Below are positions 22,834-34,034 of a DNA stretch of 64,000 bases, one piece after another. Below the pieces are notes generated by a model that did no database searches, was not told the DNA's origin, and saw nothing but the letters and a program-made list of their open reading frames with translations. How positions within the stretch are numbered: position 1 is the first letter of the stretch; every line of letters begins with the position of its first letter. Origin of the DNA: Hormiphora californensis (taxonomy: Eukaryota > Animalia > Ctenophora). Both the position numbers and the translations under genes were made by a program. The stretch is taken from the NCBI GenBank assembly GCA_020137815.1, contig CM035350.1:992001-1056000 (forward strand), written 5' to 3'.

Positions 22834-25800
22834 TTAATTTATTCCATATCGTGATATCTGCTTTTTACTGCGTACGGGCCGGGTTGGCTCATTAGTTTGG
22901 AGATTGTCACTCGGTTGCAATAACGTATTGGTTGTCGAGGGGGAAGGGTCTTCCGTGGCAGGGTCCGTTGATTCCTGGTTTTGAGACTTGTTCCTTGGAG
23001 TGAATTTCTTCATCTTGCTGATGTTAGTGACATGCTCTCCCTTTTCCGTTGCGATTATGTAGAGGTGTTGGTCACATTTCTTGATGATTTCGTAAGGTCC
23101 AGCCCATCTTTTGGAAAACTTCATCTGCGGGTTGGGCACCAGGAGGAGACAATGCTCTCCTTTTTCAAAATTTTGGCCTGGTTTTTGGTTGCTAGCATTT
23201 TCCATAGCTAGGAAATCAAGAGATGCGTTGTTACGGGCCCGTTGTAATATATCTCGATATGACCGGTATAGAGTGTATGCTCGGGGGTCTCGGAGGTGCT
23301 CGGGTTGTGCGAAGGGTTCTTGCTCTCCTTCTATCTCGATCTGGAGGGGTGCCCTTAGTTCTCTTCCATGTGCTAAGATGTTCGGTGTGAATCCAGTATG
23401 CTTAGATTTGATACCATTGAGGGCGAAGCATATGATGGGTAGATACAGGTCCCAGTCACGGAGTTGGTTCTCCGATAGCATGAGACGAAGAGCATTGTTG
23501 ATCTTTTTGTTAGCCCTTTCTACTTTAGCAGTCGAGCCACATGTGTAAGGGGTTCCGTGTGTTCCCTTGATTTTGAAATAGTCCAGTATCTCGTCGAATA
23601 TGGTGGAGGTGAAGGCACCGTCGTTGTCGCTGACGATTTCTTGCATAAATCCGTGCTTCAGGCACCAGCTCTGTGTAATTAACCGGATTGTTTCCTCGCT
23701 AGTTTTCGTCTTACATGGAACCGCCACAATGTATCCGCTGAAAACGTCTGTCATGGTGAGAATATAACGATTTTTCCTGGGTGTTATGGCGTCTCTCTCC
23801 GGTATGATATGGTCGATAGCAACTGCTTGTCCGAAGTGATTTGCAACGACATGTTTCAACGGGGATCTGCAATATTTGGATGGTTGTTTCGCCAGTCCAC
23901 ATTTCAGGCAGCTTTTCACATATAGTTCCACCTCGTCCGCCAATTTGGGCCAGTAGTATCGTCTCCGGATTATATCTGTGGTGTTTCGAATACCAGGGTG
24001 GATAGTAATGAGTGAATCATGGTGCCTTTTCAGTACTGACTCTCTCAGCTCTTCCGGCACGAGGATGAGGTAGTGGTTAGGTTCATGATGCGAAGGATTA
24101 ATCCAATATTTACACATGACCCCGTTTACTACTGTAAGTGAAGAGAATTGCTTCCAGTAACTTAGGAGGTCTTTAGGCATCCTTAGTTTCTGGGTGTTTT
24201 CGGGTTTCTTTCCTTCAATCATCCACTTCCTTACTTCAGAGAGAACAACGTCCTTGGCTTGTGTCTTGCGAATATTTTCGATATTCAGCTGAGGAGGTAG
24301 TGTTAATGTAGCGTCAATAGAGTTCACTCGGACTACTGTGTGTTCTTTAGGTGTGGCATTTTCCAGATGTTGGCCTGTCTCTTCCATGTTGTCGACGATG
24401 GGTGTGTTAGATTGGTTTACCGGTCTGTCGGTTTGACAGGATCTTTCTGCCGTTGTCAACTTCATTCCATAGCGACTTAAAAAATCACTGACAGAGTTCG
24501 ATTTCCCTGAGGTATGCTGGATGTTGAATCTGTATTTGGCGAGCCGCTGAAGTTGTCGGAGTTGGTGAGCGGTGGTGTTGCCATCTCTGAATATTGTCTG
24601 GAACTGTAACAGGGACAGGCAATCTGTTATCACAGTGAATGAGGTTCCCTGTAAATAAATTCTCCAATGTTCAATCGCCGCAAGCATGGCCTCGAATTCT
24701 AGGCGTGTTTGGGACCATGTCCTCTTCCTTTGGGGGGTGCGTTTAGAGAAGTACGCTATAGTTCGTCTTTCCCCCTTCACCACTTGTGATAACTCCGCTC
24801 CCAGCCCATGCTGAGATCCGTCGACAGTAACGTGGAAACTCTCATCCTTGTCTTCTACATCAGGAATGGCTAATGTTATTCCCCGGCAAATTTCTTTCTT
24901 GATAGAATCCAGGCTTTCTGCACAAATGGGGGACCATATTGGTCTTTTCCCTGGTCTTCCCTTATCGATGAGTTGATAGATAGGTTTGGCGAGAGCGGCA
25001 AAGTTCGGTACAAACTTCCTGTTGTAAGACAAGAACCCCATGAGGCTTTCCACCTCTTTCCTAGTGGTGGGTACTTGTAAGTTCCTGACCGCTTTGATTC
25101 TTTCATCCGTAACGCGTATTCCGTTTTCCGAAATGGATAGTCCAACGAAGGTTACCTCTTTTTTCAGGAAGTGGCATTTGCTAGGTGTTAGTTTAAGTCC
25201 AGCTTCTCTGAATTTCCTGAAGATCGTGTCTAGTTTTTCTAGATGTTCGGGGACTGTGTGGCTACCACATAATAGGTCGTCTAGAAAGTAGATGAGCTGC
25301 GATACGGGAATTTCTCTTGTGAGTTGGTCCATCATTCGACTGAAGGAGCTTGAGCTCGAGAGGTGTCCCATTACCATCCGTTTGAACACATATCGTCTGT
25401 TGTTAACGGAAAACGCGGTGATGGGTTTAGCTGCGTTGTTATACTCTACTTGGTAGAATGATTTGGATAAGTCGAACGTTGAGTAGTATTTCATACCTCC
25501 AATCGTGTCTGTGACATGGTTGATGTTGGGTAGTTGGTAGCCGTCTGGTAAACATTCTCCATTTACGGCCCGGAAGTCTGCAACAAATCTGTATCCTCTC
25601 CCATTGGGTTTCTCTACCAGAAATACGGGGCTGTTCCAGTATGACCTCTCGTTGCATTCCTCTATAACACCAGCGTCCAGCAATCCCGAGATGGTGTCCT
25701 CCATAGCATCTCGAAGTTTATATGCTATGGGTCGGGCAGGAATCCACCTTGGTTGATGATTGTGTTTCAACTTGATCTCTGCTTCGTAAAATTTGCACTT

Positions 25801-26745
25801 TCCGAGGTCGGTTTCAGAGGTGCTGAAGCATTCTCTGTTGTTCCATATGATAGATTCGAGCTGGGTTTTTTCGTTGTTGCTGATGCTCAATCCCTTTATT
25901 TTGAGTGCTGTCATGAGTTCCTCTTTGTTCCATCCCTTCTCTGAGTCCGGGTTGGGGTTTTCAACGTCAGGTGATGTCTTTTTTGCCCCTCTCAGATGAC
26001 CGTCAATGTCGATGGGTGTAGCTAAACCGAGGACGGTGTTTTTATATAAGGTTATGTCTCTGGGTGAAGGGTTTATTACGGCTACCGGAACTCGCTGTTG
26101 GAGTGAGTTAGTTAGGTTAGGAGACGTTGTCACATTGAATATTGAGGCTCCAATAAATGTGTTTGTCTTGTTCATGGTTTTATGGTATGGGTCTACAAAG
26201 GCTGGTGTGGTCCCGTGTTTGTGAAGGTTGTCTTGTATTCCGGTCCTTCCTGCGAGGAACATGGCTGTATTAGGAGGGATTGTGGTTGTCCTCACCAGTT
26301 TGACTTTTGCCCGCCGCTTACTGTTGTCCGCCAGTTTATCCAGTGATCTAAACGATGTTTCCCCTGATTTAGACGAAACCTTCCCGGTACCCATGTGGAG
26401 AGTAATGTCATGTTTCATCATGAAGTCTGCGCCGAGCAGGATGTCAACGTCCATACTGGGAATCACGATACAGGAGTGAGCTTTGGTTAAGCCGGCAATC
26501 CTCAGTGTGATGGTTATAGCACCACTAGTGGTGATGTTGTTCTTTGTGAAAGATGAAAGTCGGAGATTGGATTGTTCCACGCGGTCCTGATATCCAATCT
26601 TTGTCACAAGGTTCGTGCTAATAAGGGTAACTTGGCTTCCTGTATCTAGTAAGAATGTTGCTGGAGTATTTTCCACTAGTCCTGTTGCTGTAACGCTGTT
26701 GTTTATTGTTGGCCGTTTGCGTCCCCGGCCCCCAGGAAGTTTAAA
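22834..26745 (-). CDS. pol: Gypsy Pol polyprotein (aspartic protease, RT, RNase H, integrase), expressed by -1 frameshift from gag
   Basis: LLDTGS protease; RT motifs WNSPVFLVEK, FDLSKSFYQV and YFLDDLL; RNase H TVDGS..IAYFSK..TDC; integrase HH..H..CLKC, IDHI, SDND, VERAN and WAGPY. No chromodomain seen. Confidence 0.96.
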   Translation of the reverse strand, partial: FKLPGGRGRKRPTINNSVTATGLVENTPATFLLDTGSQVTLISTNLVTKIGYQDRVEQSNLRLSSFTKNNITTSGAITITLRIAGLTKAHSCIVIPSMDVDILLGADFMMKHDITLHMGTGKVSSKSGETSFRSLDKLADNSKRRAKVKLVRTTTIPPNTAMFLAGRTGIQDNLHKHGTTPAFVDPYHKTMNKTNTFIGASIFNVTTSPNLTNSLQQRVPVAVINPSPRDITLYKNTVLGLATPIDIDGHLRGAKKTSPDVENPNPDSEKGWNKEELMTALKIKGLSISNNEKTQLESIIWNNRECFSTSETDLGKCKFYEAEIKLKHNHQPRWIPARPIAYKLRDAMEDTISGLLDAGVIEECNERSYWNSPVFLVEKPNGRGYRFVADFRAVNGECLPDGYQLPNINHVTDTIGGMKYYSTFDLSKSFYQVEYNNAAKPITAFSVNNRRYVFKRMVMGHLSSSSSFSRMMDQLTREIPVSQLIYFLDDLLCGSHTVPEHLEKLDTIFRKFREAGLKLTPSKCHFLKKEVTFVGLSISENGIRVTDERIKAVRNLQVPTTRKEVESLMGFLSYNRKFVPNFAALAKPIYQLIDKGRPGKRPIWSPICAESLDSIKKEICRGITLAIPDVEDKDESFHVTVDGSQHGLGAELSQVVKGERRTIAYFSKRTPQRKRTWSQTRLEFEAMLAAIEHWRIYLQGTSFTVITDCLSLLQFQTIFRDGNTTAHQLRQLQRLAKYRFNIQHTSGKSNSVSDFLSRYGMKLTTAERSCQTDRPVNQSNTPIVDNMEETGQHLENATPKEHTVVRVNSIDATLTLPPQLNIENIRKTQAKDVVLSEVRKWMIEGKKPENTQKLRMPKDLLSYWKQFSSLTVVNGVMCKYWINPSHHEPNHYLILVPEELRESVLKRHHDSLITIHPGIRNTTDIIRRRYYWPKLADEVELYVKSCLKCGLAKQPSKYCRSPLKHVVANHFGQAVAIDHIIPERDAITPRKNRYILTMTDVFSGYIVAVPCKTKTSEETIRLITQSWCLKHGFMQEIVSDNDGAFTSTIFDEILDYFKIKGTHGTPYTCGSTAKVERANKKINNALRLMLSENQLRDWDLYLPIICFALNGIKSKHTGFTPNILAHGRELRAPLQIEIEGEQEPFAQPEHLRDPRAYTLYRSYRDILQRARNNASLDFLAMENASNQKPGQNFEKGEHCLLLVPNPQMKFSKRWAGPYEIIKKCDQHLYIIATEKGEHVTNISKMKKFTPRNKSQNQESTDPATEDPSPSTTNTLLQPSDNLQTNEPTRPVRSKKQISRYGIN
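26700..26745 (-). other. -1 programmed ribosomal frameshift signal (U UUA AAC plus downstream stem-loop)
   Basis: Gag codons TGT TTA AAC place the heptamer in correct X XXY YYZ phase at 26745-26739. The -1 frame reads FKLPGGRGRKRP, which is the pol ORF. Stem GGCCG/CGGCC follows. Confidence 0.85.
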
Positions 26746-28415
26746 CAACTTTGTAGTTTAGGGCAGTTCCTAACAAAATGATCGTCTTGCTTGCACAGAT
26801 GACATGTCCTGTCGTATGTCCTTCTGTCGTTCCTTCTGTAGCTCTGGCGGTTGTTTGGGGCACTGCTTCTCCTGTTGTGGTTATTTCTTTGGTGTTGTGG
26901 ATCGCTTGTTCCTGTTTCCACAGCATTCACTGAAGCGAGTAGATCGTCCTGTCGTTGGATTTCATCTTTGTCGTCGTCATGGAAAATAGTTTCAGCTGTG
27001 ACTGCAATTTGTACTGCTTCCTCAAAACTATTGGTAGAGTCGCGAATGATTTCGGCTTTGATGGAGTTTTTCCTTACTCCTCCAAGAAGAACTGAGTAGC
27101 ATAGTTGGTCTCCCTCACTTCCGGTAAGTGGTGAGCCCCATATTTTGCATGCCATAGCTCGGATGCGGCAAGAGAAATCATCTACACTTTCCCCCTTGAG
27201 CTGCTGAAGTTTAATTATTTTGCCTCTCAAAGCCCGAGATTCGGCTTCTGTGTAAATCCCTGTTTGTAAGAGGGGTATAAATAATTCCGGTGTACTCTTC
27301 TGTTTTGGGGTGAGTTTATCCGCAACGAGTTGTAGTTTTCTGGCCGTAGTATTGTCTACTCGGTTCAATAGTTGCCACAGTGCTGTTTCTCCAGTGAGAC
27401 CAGACATCTTCGTATACCTCAGATATTTATTACACCACTCTGAGAAGTCCTGGTGAGGCTCGTATTGATCGGGAGGATAGATGGGGATTGAGAATCTCGG
27501 TGTCGGGTTCACGTGTCCGGCAGATTGATGAGAGCTAGTAGCAGTGTCGTGTGCAGTATCAGCAGTCCGCTGATTTTGCAAGGAAGGGTTATACTCAGCA
27601 GGTCGCTGAATAGGGGCGGTGATGGTGGATGCATTATCAGCAGGTCGCTGATTTTGCAAAGACGGATTATATTCAGCAGGTCGCTGAATAGGGGCGGTGA
27701 TGGTAGATGCATTATCAGCAGGTCGCTGATATTGCACAGAAGGGTTATATTCAGCAGGTCGCTGAACAGGGGCGGTGATGGTTATTGCATCATCAGCAGG
27801 TCGCTGATTTTGCAAAGAAGGATTATATTCAGCAGGTCGCTGAATGGGGGCGGTAATGGTAGATGCATTATCAGCAGGTCGCTGATATTGCACAGAAGGA
27901 TTATACTCAGCAGGTCGCTGAATTATAGGGGCGGTGATGGTGGATGCATTATCAGCAGGTCGCTGATTTTGCAAAGAAGGATTATTCTCAGCAGGTCGCT
28001 GAATGGGTGATGCGGTGATGGTAGATGCATTCTCAGCAGTCCGCTGAGAGTGCTGCAAAGAGGAATTGTATTCAGCAGGTTGTTGAATGGTATCATTGGT
28101 AATAAACGTGTCGCTGTTTATACCAGGTTGCTGAGAGTTAGGAAAAGATGGCAGGTTGGCAGCTGTATCGGAGATGATGTCCTCGTTGGTTTCGTGGTTG
28201 CTGCTGGTAGACACAGTGAGGGATTCAATAGCTTCTTCTATTTTCGTTCGTAGTATCTCTCCTTCATTCTCTGCGTCTAGGATCTTTGCTTGCAAGGCTT
28301 CTCGTTTGTTTTTCTGGTTCTTGGTCCTCGAGTTTGTATTGCTGAGCTTTTCCTCAAGTTGTCCCTTAGTTGCAGCGTTGTTGGCTAGTTTCTCGTAGAG
28401 GAGACGTAGGTCCAT
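26703..28415 (-). CDS. gag: Gypsy Gag with N-terminal coiled coil, internal 26-aa tandem repeats and CCHC zinc knuckle
   Basis: ATG 28415 (MDLRLLYEK); capsid-like LQQLKGESVDDFSCRIRAMA; knuckle CHLCKQDDHFVRNC. Confidence 0.92.
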   Translation of the reverse strand: MDLRLLYEKLANNAATKGQLEEKLSNTNSRTKNQKNKREALQAKILDAENEGEILRTKIEEAIESLTVSTSSNHETNEDIISDTAANLPSFPNSQQPGINSDTFITNDTIQQPAEYNSSLQHSQRTAENASTITASPIQRPAENNPSLQNQRPADNASTITAPIIQRPAEYNPSVQYQRPADNASTITAPIQRPAEYNPSLQNQRPADDAITITAPVQRPAEYNPSVQYQRPADNASTITAPIQRPAEYNPSLQNQRPADNASTITAPIQRPAEYNPSLQNQRTADTAHDTATSSHQSAGHVNPTPRFSIPIYPPDQYEPHQDFSEWCNKYLRYTKMSGLTGETALWQLLNRVDNTTARKLQLVADKLTPKQKSTPELFIPLLQTGIYTEAESRALRGKIIKLQQLKGESVDDFSCRIRAMACKIWGSPLTGSEGDQLCYSVLLGGVRKNSIKAEIIRDSTNSFEEAVQIAVTAETIFHDDDKDEIQRQDDLLASVNAVETGTSDPQHQRNNHNRRSSAPNNRQSYRRNDRRTYDRTCHLCKQDDHFVRNCPKLQSCLNFLGAGDANGQQ

Positions 28416-28431
28416 AATCGAAGTCACCAGT

Positions 28432-28741
28432 TGTTAGTGATCCCTGTACACAGATCAAACAAGATTCTTCGGGTTTTCAAACAATGTCCACTCACAGCAA
28501 GACACATCGCTTATATCTCAATATTCCACACGTGGCCCCTCCCGCGTGAGCGGGGTGAAACCATAATAAGACTAATAGGAGGGAGGCCGCGAGATTACAC
28601 TCTCCCTGGTACCGACATCTCGATAGGGGTGAAACCCTAGTAAGACCTAATAGGAGGGAGGCCTCGAGATTACACTCTCCCTGGTACCGACATCTCAAAT
28701 ATCAGTGGATATAAGTATGATCTAATTGCACAATCCCAATA
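28432..28741 (-). repeat. 5' LTR of Gypsy element
   Basis: Matches 21514-21823; followed on the minus strand by the PBS. Confidence 0.95.
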
Positions 28742-29017
28742 TGTCAAATAACCTTGGTATTGCATTATTGCTATAGCGCGTTAATATCCAAGCAGATTCT
28801 TTTACCGAAAATGTAATTGCTTCCAATGCCTCCAGGACATGATGCCTCTATATTACTGGGATCTCTATAACGTATTATGGGTCACCCCCAACCACTAAAT
28901 GAGGGCATGGCTATTAATTGCATGTTTTTGTTTCCCTAACTGTTTCCTAATTGGAGCACTGAGTAAATACACACCTGTGTAATGTGTAAATCCACACAAT
29001 AAAAAGTTGTGTTTTCT

Positions 29018-30008
29018 CAGAGCAATGAATGTGTTTCCTGAGCTGAGAGCAATGAGAGTGTTTCCTGAGCTGAGAGCAATGAGAGTGTTTCCTGAGACTG
29101 AGAGCAATGGGAGTGTTTCCTGAGCTGAGAGCAATGAGAGTGTTTCCTGAGCTGAGAGCAATGAGAGTGTTTCCTGAGCTGAGAGCAATGAGAGTGTTTC
29201 CTGAGCTGAGAGCAATGAGAGTGTTTCCTGAGCTGAGAGCAATGAGAGTGTTTCCTGAGCTGAGAGCAATGAGAGTGTTTCCTGAGCTGAGAGCAATGAG
29301 AGTGTTTCCTGAGCTGAGAGCAATGAGAGTGTTTCCTGAGCTGAGAGCAATGAGAGTGTTTCCTGAGCTGAGAGCAATGAGAGTGTTTCCTGAGCTGAGA
29401 GCAATGAGAGTGTTTCCTGAGCTGAGAGCAATGAGAGTGTTTCCTGAGCTGAGAGCAATGAGAGTGTTTCCTGAACTGAGAGCAATGAGAGTGTTTCCTG
29501 AACTGAGAGCAATGAGAGTGTTTCCTGAGCTGAGAGCAATGAGAGTGTTTCCTGAACTGAGAGCAATGAGAGTGTTTCCTGAGCTGAGAGCAATGAGAGT
29601 GTTTCCTGAACTGAGAGCAATGAGAGTGTTTCCTGAGCTGAGAGCAATGAGAGTGTTTCCTGAGCTGAGAGCAATGAGAGTGTTTCCTGAGCTGAGAGCA
29701 ATGAGAGTGTTTCCTGAGCTGAGAGCAATGAGAGTGTTTCCTGAACTGAGAGCAATGAGAGTGTTTCCTGAGCTGAGAGCAATGAGAGTGTTTCCTGAGC
29801 TGAGAGCAATGAGAGTGTTTCCTGAGCTGAGAGCAATGAGAGTGTTTCCTGAGCTGAGAGCAATGAGAGTGTTTCCTGAGCTGAGAGCAATGAGAGTGTT
29901 TCCTGAGCTGAGAGCAATGAGAGTGTTTCCTGAGCTGAGAGGAATGAGAGTGTTAAGTGTTTCCTGAACTGAGAGCAATGAGAGTGTTTGCTGAGCTGAG
30001 AGCAATGA
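29018..30008 (+). repeat. Minisatellite, 27-bp unit (ctgagagcaatgagagtgtttcctgag), about 36 copies
   Basis: Direct observation; it generates the spurious periodic ORFs in the track. Confidence 0.97.
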
Positions 30009-31508
30009 GTTGCGTACGTGTTTTAGGAAACCTCAACACTAACAACAAGCTGCATAGATGTATACAGCTTCACTCATTATAGCTCTTCTTTCCATTCATT
30101 TCTGTACTGCAGCAGCAGCTGGAGTAAATCTGAGATCTGGATCATCAGATATACAAGTACTACCCCCTACCGCGGCACTCATCGTATGTATTGGTCATTT
30201 TCCAAGCCGCTACAAACTATCGCGCTAATCTACCGCTAATGAGATAAGCACTTAGAGGAGAGCAGCCAAATTTTGTATCGTTGAGTCGCTCAGAATAGTA
30301 TGAAGTATTGATTATTGAAGTAATCGATAGATAGAATTTATCTTATTCTCCAAGTTCTCTTTTCCTTCTTCCGGGTTCCCTCGTGATACCTTGTTGAATA
30401 AGGATGCCATGACATGTTTGTTATACACTGCTAGTCATTGTTACAATGTACTCAATGTACTACCACGAATCTCCATTCTCGTCTCAGAGGACTCTCCCTC
30501 TTTTCTCTCTCCCTTACACGCCCTATAGCTGCCCCTAGCAACACGCAAGCCCCCTCCCCCTTTGCTTTGTGTGTTTGTATAATCATAATTACTGTCTAGC
30601 ACATGCAGGATCCTTCTCCAATGTATTTATCACCCTGTGCTTGTGTGTGTGACGTGTGTGTCCCTGCACATTTACTAATGTTTGTAGTTCAGAGCCCTCG
30701 GTAGCGCGGGTAGGATACAAATAGAATTCAGATTCTTCATATTAATTCTGAATAATTTTGCCTGTTTTTTTTCTCTGTTTGCCCGGCCCCTCTGTGAGAT
30801 TATATGTGTTTACCCCTTTTCAAGTGATATGTTTATATGACGCGGTGTTTACACAAGACAAACACATCAGAGTTGTATCACAGTTGAATGTTGATCAGAG
30901 TTGTATCACAGTTGAATCTTGATCAGTCCATCTTTACTGTTGATCAGCCCACCTTTTATTGCTTGTTTACTGTGTGTGTTACTTGAGTTCACTCATTATA
31001 ATAGTGTGCAGCACACATTTGCTTTGGTCATCTCAACACTCGAAGTTACCAGCTCTCTCTACATCTCTCTTTCTCTACCTTTTTCTCTCTCACTTCTCTC
31101 TCACTTCTTCACTCTACTTTATTTCTCTTGAGAAATAGATGCTTGTCACTTGCTTGTTATGTGCGTTACACCGAGTACAGAAGCAGTTAGACACGGGACT
31201 GTAGAGTTTACTGTCGGCTATTATACGATCAGAATTTTAACGTCGTCGCTATGGTGATGAGATTCGATAGAACAGGTACGCAGATGCTTTCTAGGAGGAG
31301 ATATGAGAGACAGAGAGATAACTTATGTACCTAGTTAAACAATTAGATAAAGACCTGAGATCTAGTTTGTCTTATGGGAGAGGAAGTTGAATAGCAATGC
31401 TTACAAATAGATCCCTGTCGAGACAAGTATTTATTCGATCGAAAAAATTAATTTGTAATTGACGCATTTGCTGTAACTTGTACAGCTGACATACAATCTC
31501 ACCACCTC

Positions 31509-31630
<122 letters not shown>

Positions 31631-32418
31631 TCTCTCTCTCCCACTCTCTCTCCCCCACTCTCTCGCTAATGTATCTATCGCATATAGCTGTTCGAACTAT
31701 CATCTTTTGTCTCTGCTCTCTTGATCGTATGCAAAATGTCATGACGCATTGACGCATGTCTATTGTCTTAAAGATGTCACGAATGTTTTTTATCGTAATA
31801 TTTTGAACCGGCCCTTTTCTTGGTTTTCAGATCATTCGACAAAGATTCGAGCTGCTTTTTGCTTTGTTGTCTATCCAATATTTTTGTGGTTGTTCTATAT
31901 GTTATGGCGACCATCTTGTCTCTAGCGGCCCAGCAGTTAATATAGCAGCAGTCGTATTTTGTATTGCCATAGTAACAGCTGAGGAAATGAGCCAGAAATA
32001 GAAAGAGAGAGAGTGGAGATTGAGAGAGAGAAAGAAAGAACGAGACAGAGAAAGACAGAGAGATGACAGAGAATTTAATCTGAGTGCGTAGAAAAAGAGA
32101 GAAAACGCCGACCATATAGCTACTGAGATTAAAGGTGACATTTAATACTAAAATCGGTTAAATCAAATAACCCCAAGAAAAAGCTTATAATAATAAAGAT
32201 TTCATTTCGTCTGTTGTTGTACTTGTAGAAAAGAAACGTACTTTCTTTATCATGTCTGTTCAATGTTCATGCAGGATGCCGCAAATTGTATCTATTACTA
32301 TATTCTGATACTATAGTTCACAGTAAATTTTACTAAGTTGTGCCTACTGCTTATCATTACTTTGTATTATGTAGACTAACTATTTAACAATTTTCTCCAA
32401 AGTTTAGGCGTGTACTGG

Positions 32419-32790
32419 ATGGGTGGAAACAATACATTAGATGACCTAATGAGTAACAATGATACAAGTTCGTTTAACTTTGAGGATGCCCTTATTGGAA
32501 TCAGTGTGTTTGTCTTCGCTCTCGTCTTCGCCCTCATCTTCTTCTGCATGAATGATTTCAAATGTTCAAATAGGACAAATGCTCAGAAGATTTTCCATGA
32601 CTCAGTTTTAGAGAACAAAGCAGCGACCTCAAGCGATGGGGGTGAGTGTCATGGGAGTTTCAGTGCTAAGGTGTCCCCAGAGAACAATAATCACACGTTA
32701 GAGGATCAGAAGCCCTCAAGCTCAGGAAGGACGTTAGCGTTAGAATCACCCGATACAGAATCAGATTTTATCCAACCCCAGGAGGTATAG
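32419..32790 (+). CDS. Small single-pass (type III-like) membrane protein, 123 aa
   Basis: N-terminal NNT/NDT sequons, no signal peptide, one TM (ALIGISVFVFALVFALIFFC), Ser-rich tail ending QEV; acceptor-like tttag at 32406 just upstream. Confidence 0.55.
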   Translation: MGGNNTLDDLMSNNDTSSFNFEDALIGISVFVFALVFALIFFCMNDFKCSNRTNAQKIFHDSVLENKAATSSDGGECHGSFSAKVSPENNNHTLEDQKPSSSGRTLALESPDTESDFIQPQEV

Positions 32791-34034
32791 TGTGATAGGA
32801 GAGTTTTGTACAGTATCCTCTTATTTTATGTGTATAGTTTTCTAGGACCAAAGCAACAAACTAGTTATATCTTTCTTTCTTTTTAACTACCGAACCCACA
32901 TTATGGTTATAGCATGGCCTGATTTCTGATGTGATTTCCCCAGATCAAAAACCCCATTGTTACAGTGTTTAACTTTTTACCAGATAGAGAGAGTGATATC
33001 ATTTAGGACCCGGGTTGCAATGATTGTCTTGTGTTTGTTTAATTGCTTGAGTAATAGTAACACGAGGTGTATTACAATTAGAAATAAAAACAAATCTCCC
33101 ACATCAACATCCTTGTTTTACCACTTCCTGGCTTACTCGATAAACCCTGGCAGCGTCTTGACGTCACCCTCTTAATAACAGTGTTATCACTAACCATTGA
33201 ATAGCACGGTGGGGGGATAACAAAAGAAATGCCACTCATATTACTAACAATATGAAGTCGAGAGATAATATAATAAATGGAATTTGGTGTCTGCTGCACT
33301 GCGTGACTCAATTCAGGGCAACCCCTTCCCCAACTGTTATCTCTCCACTTCCGGGAATATTTATCATCTTAAGTCTAGGGTCAGACAATATTTAAAGATA
33401 TAATAATGTGAAACGAAACATTTCACATTTCAATGACGAAATCACCGAATGGATGATCAAGATGGCCAGGAACTTCATGGTAGGAGTAGGACTTTGCCTG
33501 CGAAGCTACGGGCGCGCGAACATGGGGGGCGCGACGTGCCCAAGGTAGGACTTGGTAAAATTCCAAATTCTTTCCAGTTCCTAACCTTGCTTCATCCATC
33601 TCTCTGATTGAATCCTGATCGGTGTCGGGTTTCCTATTTCAGGGTGTGACACACCGCTGTGACCTGTGTTCCTCATCGAATCAGGATGATTTTGGGACGG
33701 CCTGGTGACCTGGATTTGAATGCGCGCCTCAAATTCCCACGGTCGCGTACTGCGCGCAACTCATTGTCACTGAGGTATCGAGCGCCCTACTGACATGTGC
33801 AGGGAGGGTACGGCCTCGGACACCAGGTGTTTTTACAGTCACGAATGCAATGATTTTGAGCAGTAAACTCAATATGATTCACATTTACACATCTTTTCAC
33901 ACAACATCTGGGAGAAATAAAATCTGAATCTGATATCCCGCAATGAATAAAAGAAAACACTGTCTCTCTCTTCTTAGTTCTTTCCCGAAGAGAGATTTCC
34001 AGTCCCTCTCTCTGACTTTCTCTGAATCTGTTCA

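Larger units (their letters stand above)
21514..28741 (-). mobile_element. Full-length, intact Ty3/Gypsy LTR retrotransposon (7.2 kb), 4-bp TSD TGTC
   Basis: Two apparently identical 310-bp LTRs; TGTC at 21510-21513 and 28742-28745. PBS TGGTGACTTCGA just inside the 5' LTR, PPT GGAGGGACTGAGA abutting the 3' LTR; gag and pol in PR-RT-RH-IN order. Confidence 0.97.

Noticed and set aside
22981-28398. Many short + strand ORFs overlapping gag and pol
   Set aside because: Antisense shadows of long coding frames with no independent signals.
28895-30005. Three long ORFs (340, 352 and 286 aa)
   Set aside because: Translations of a 27-bp minisatellite that lacks stops in several frames.
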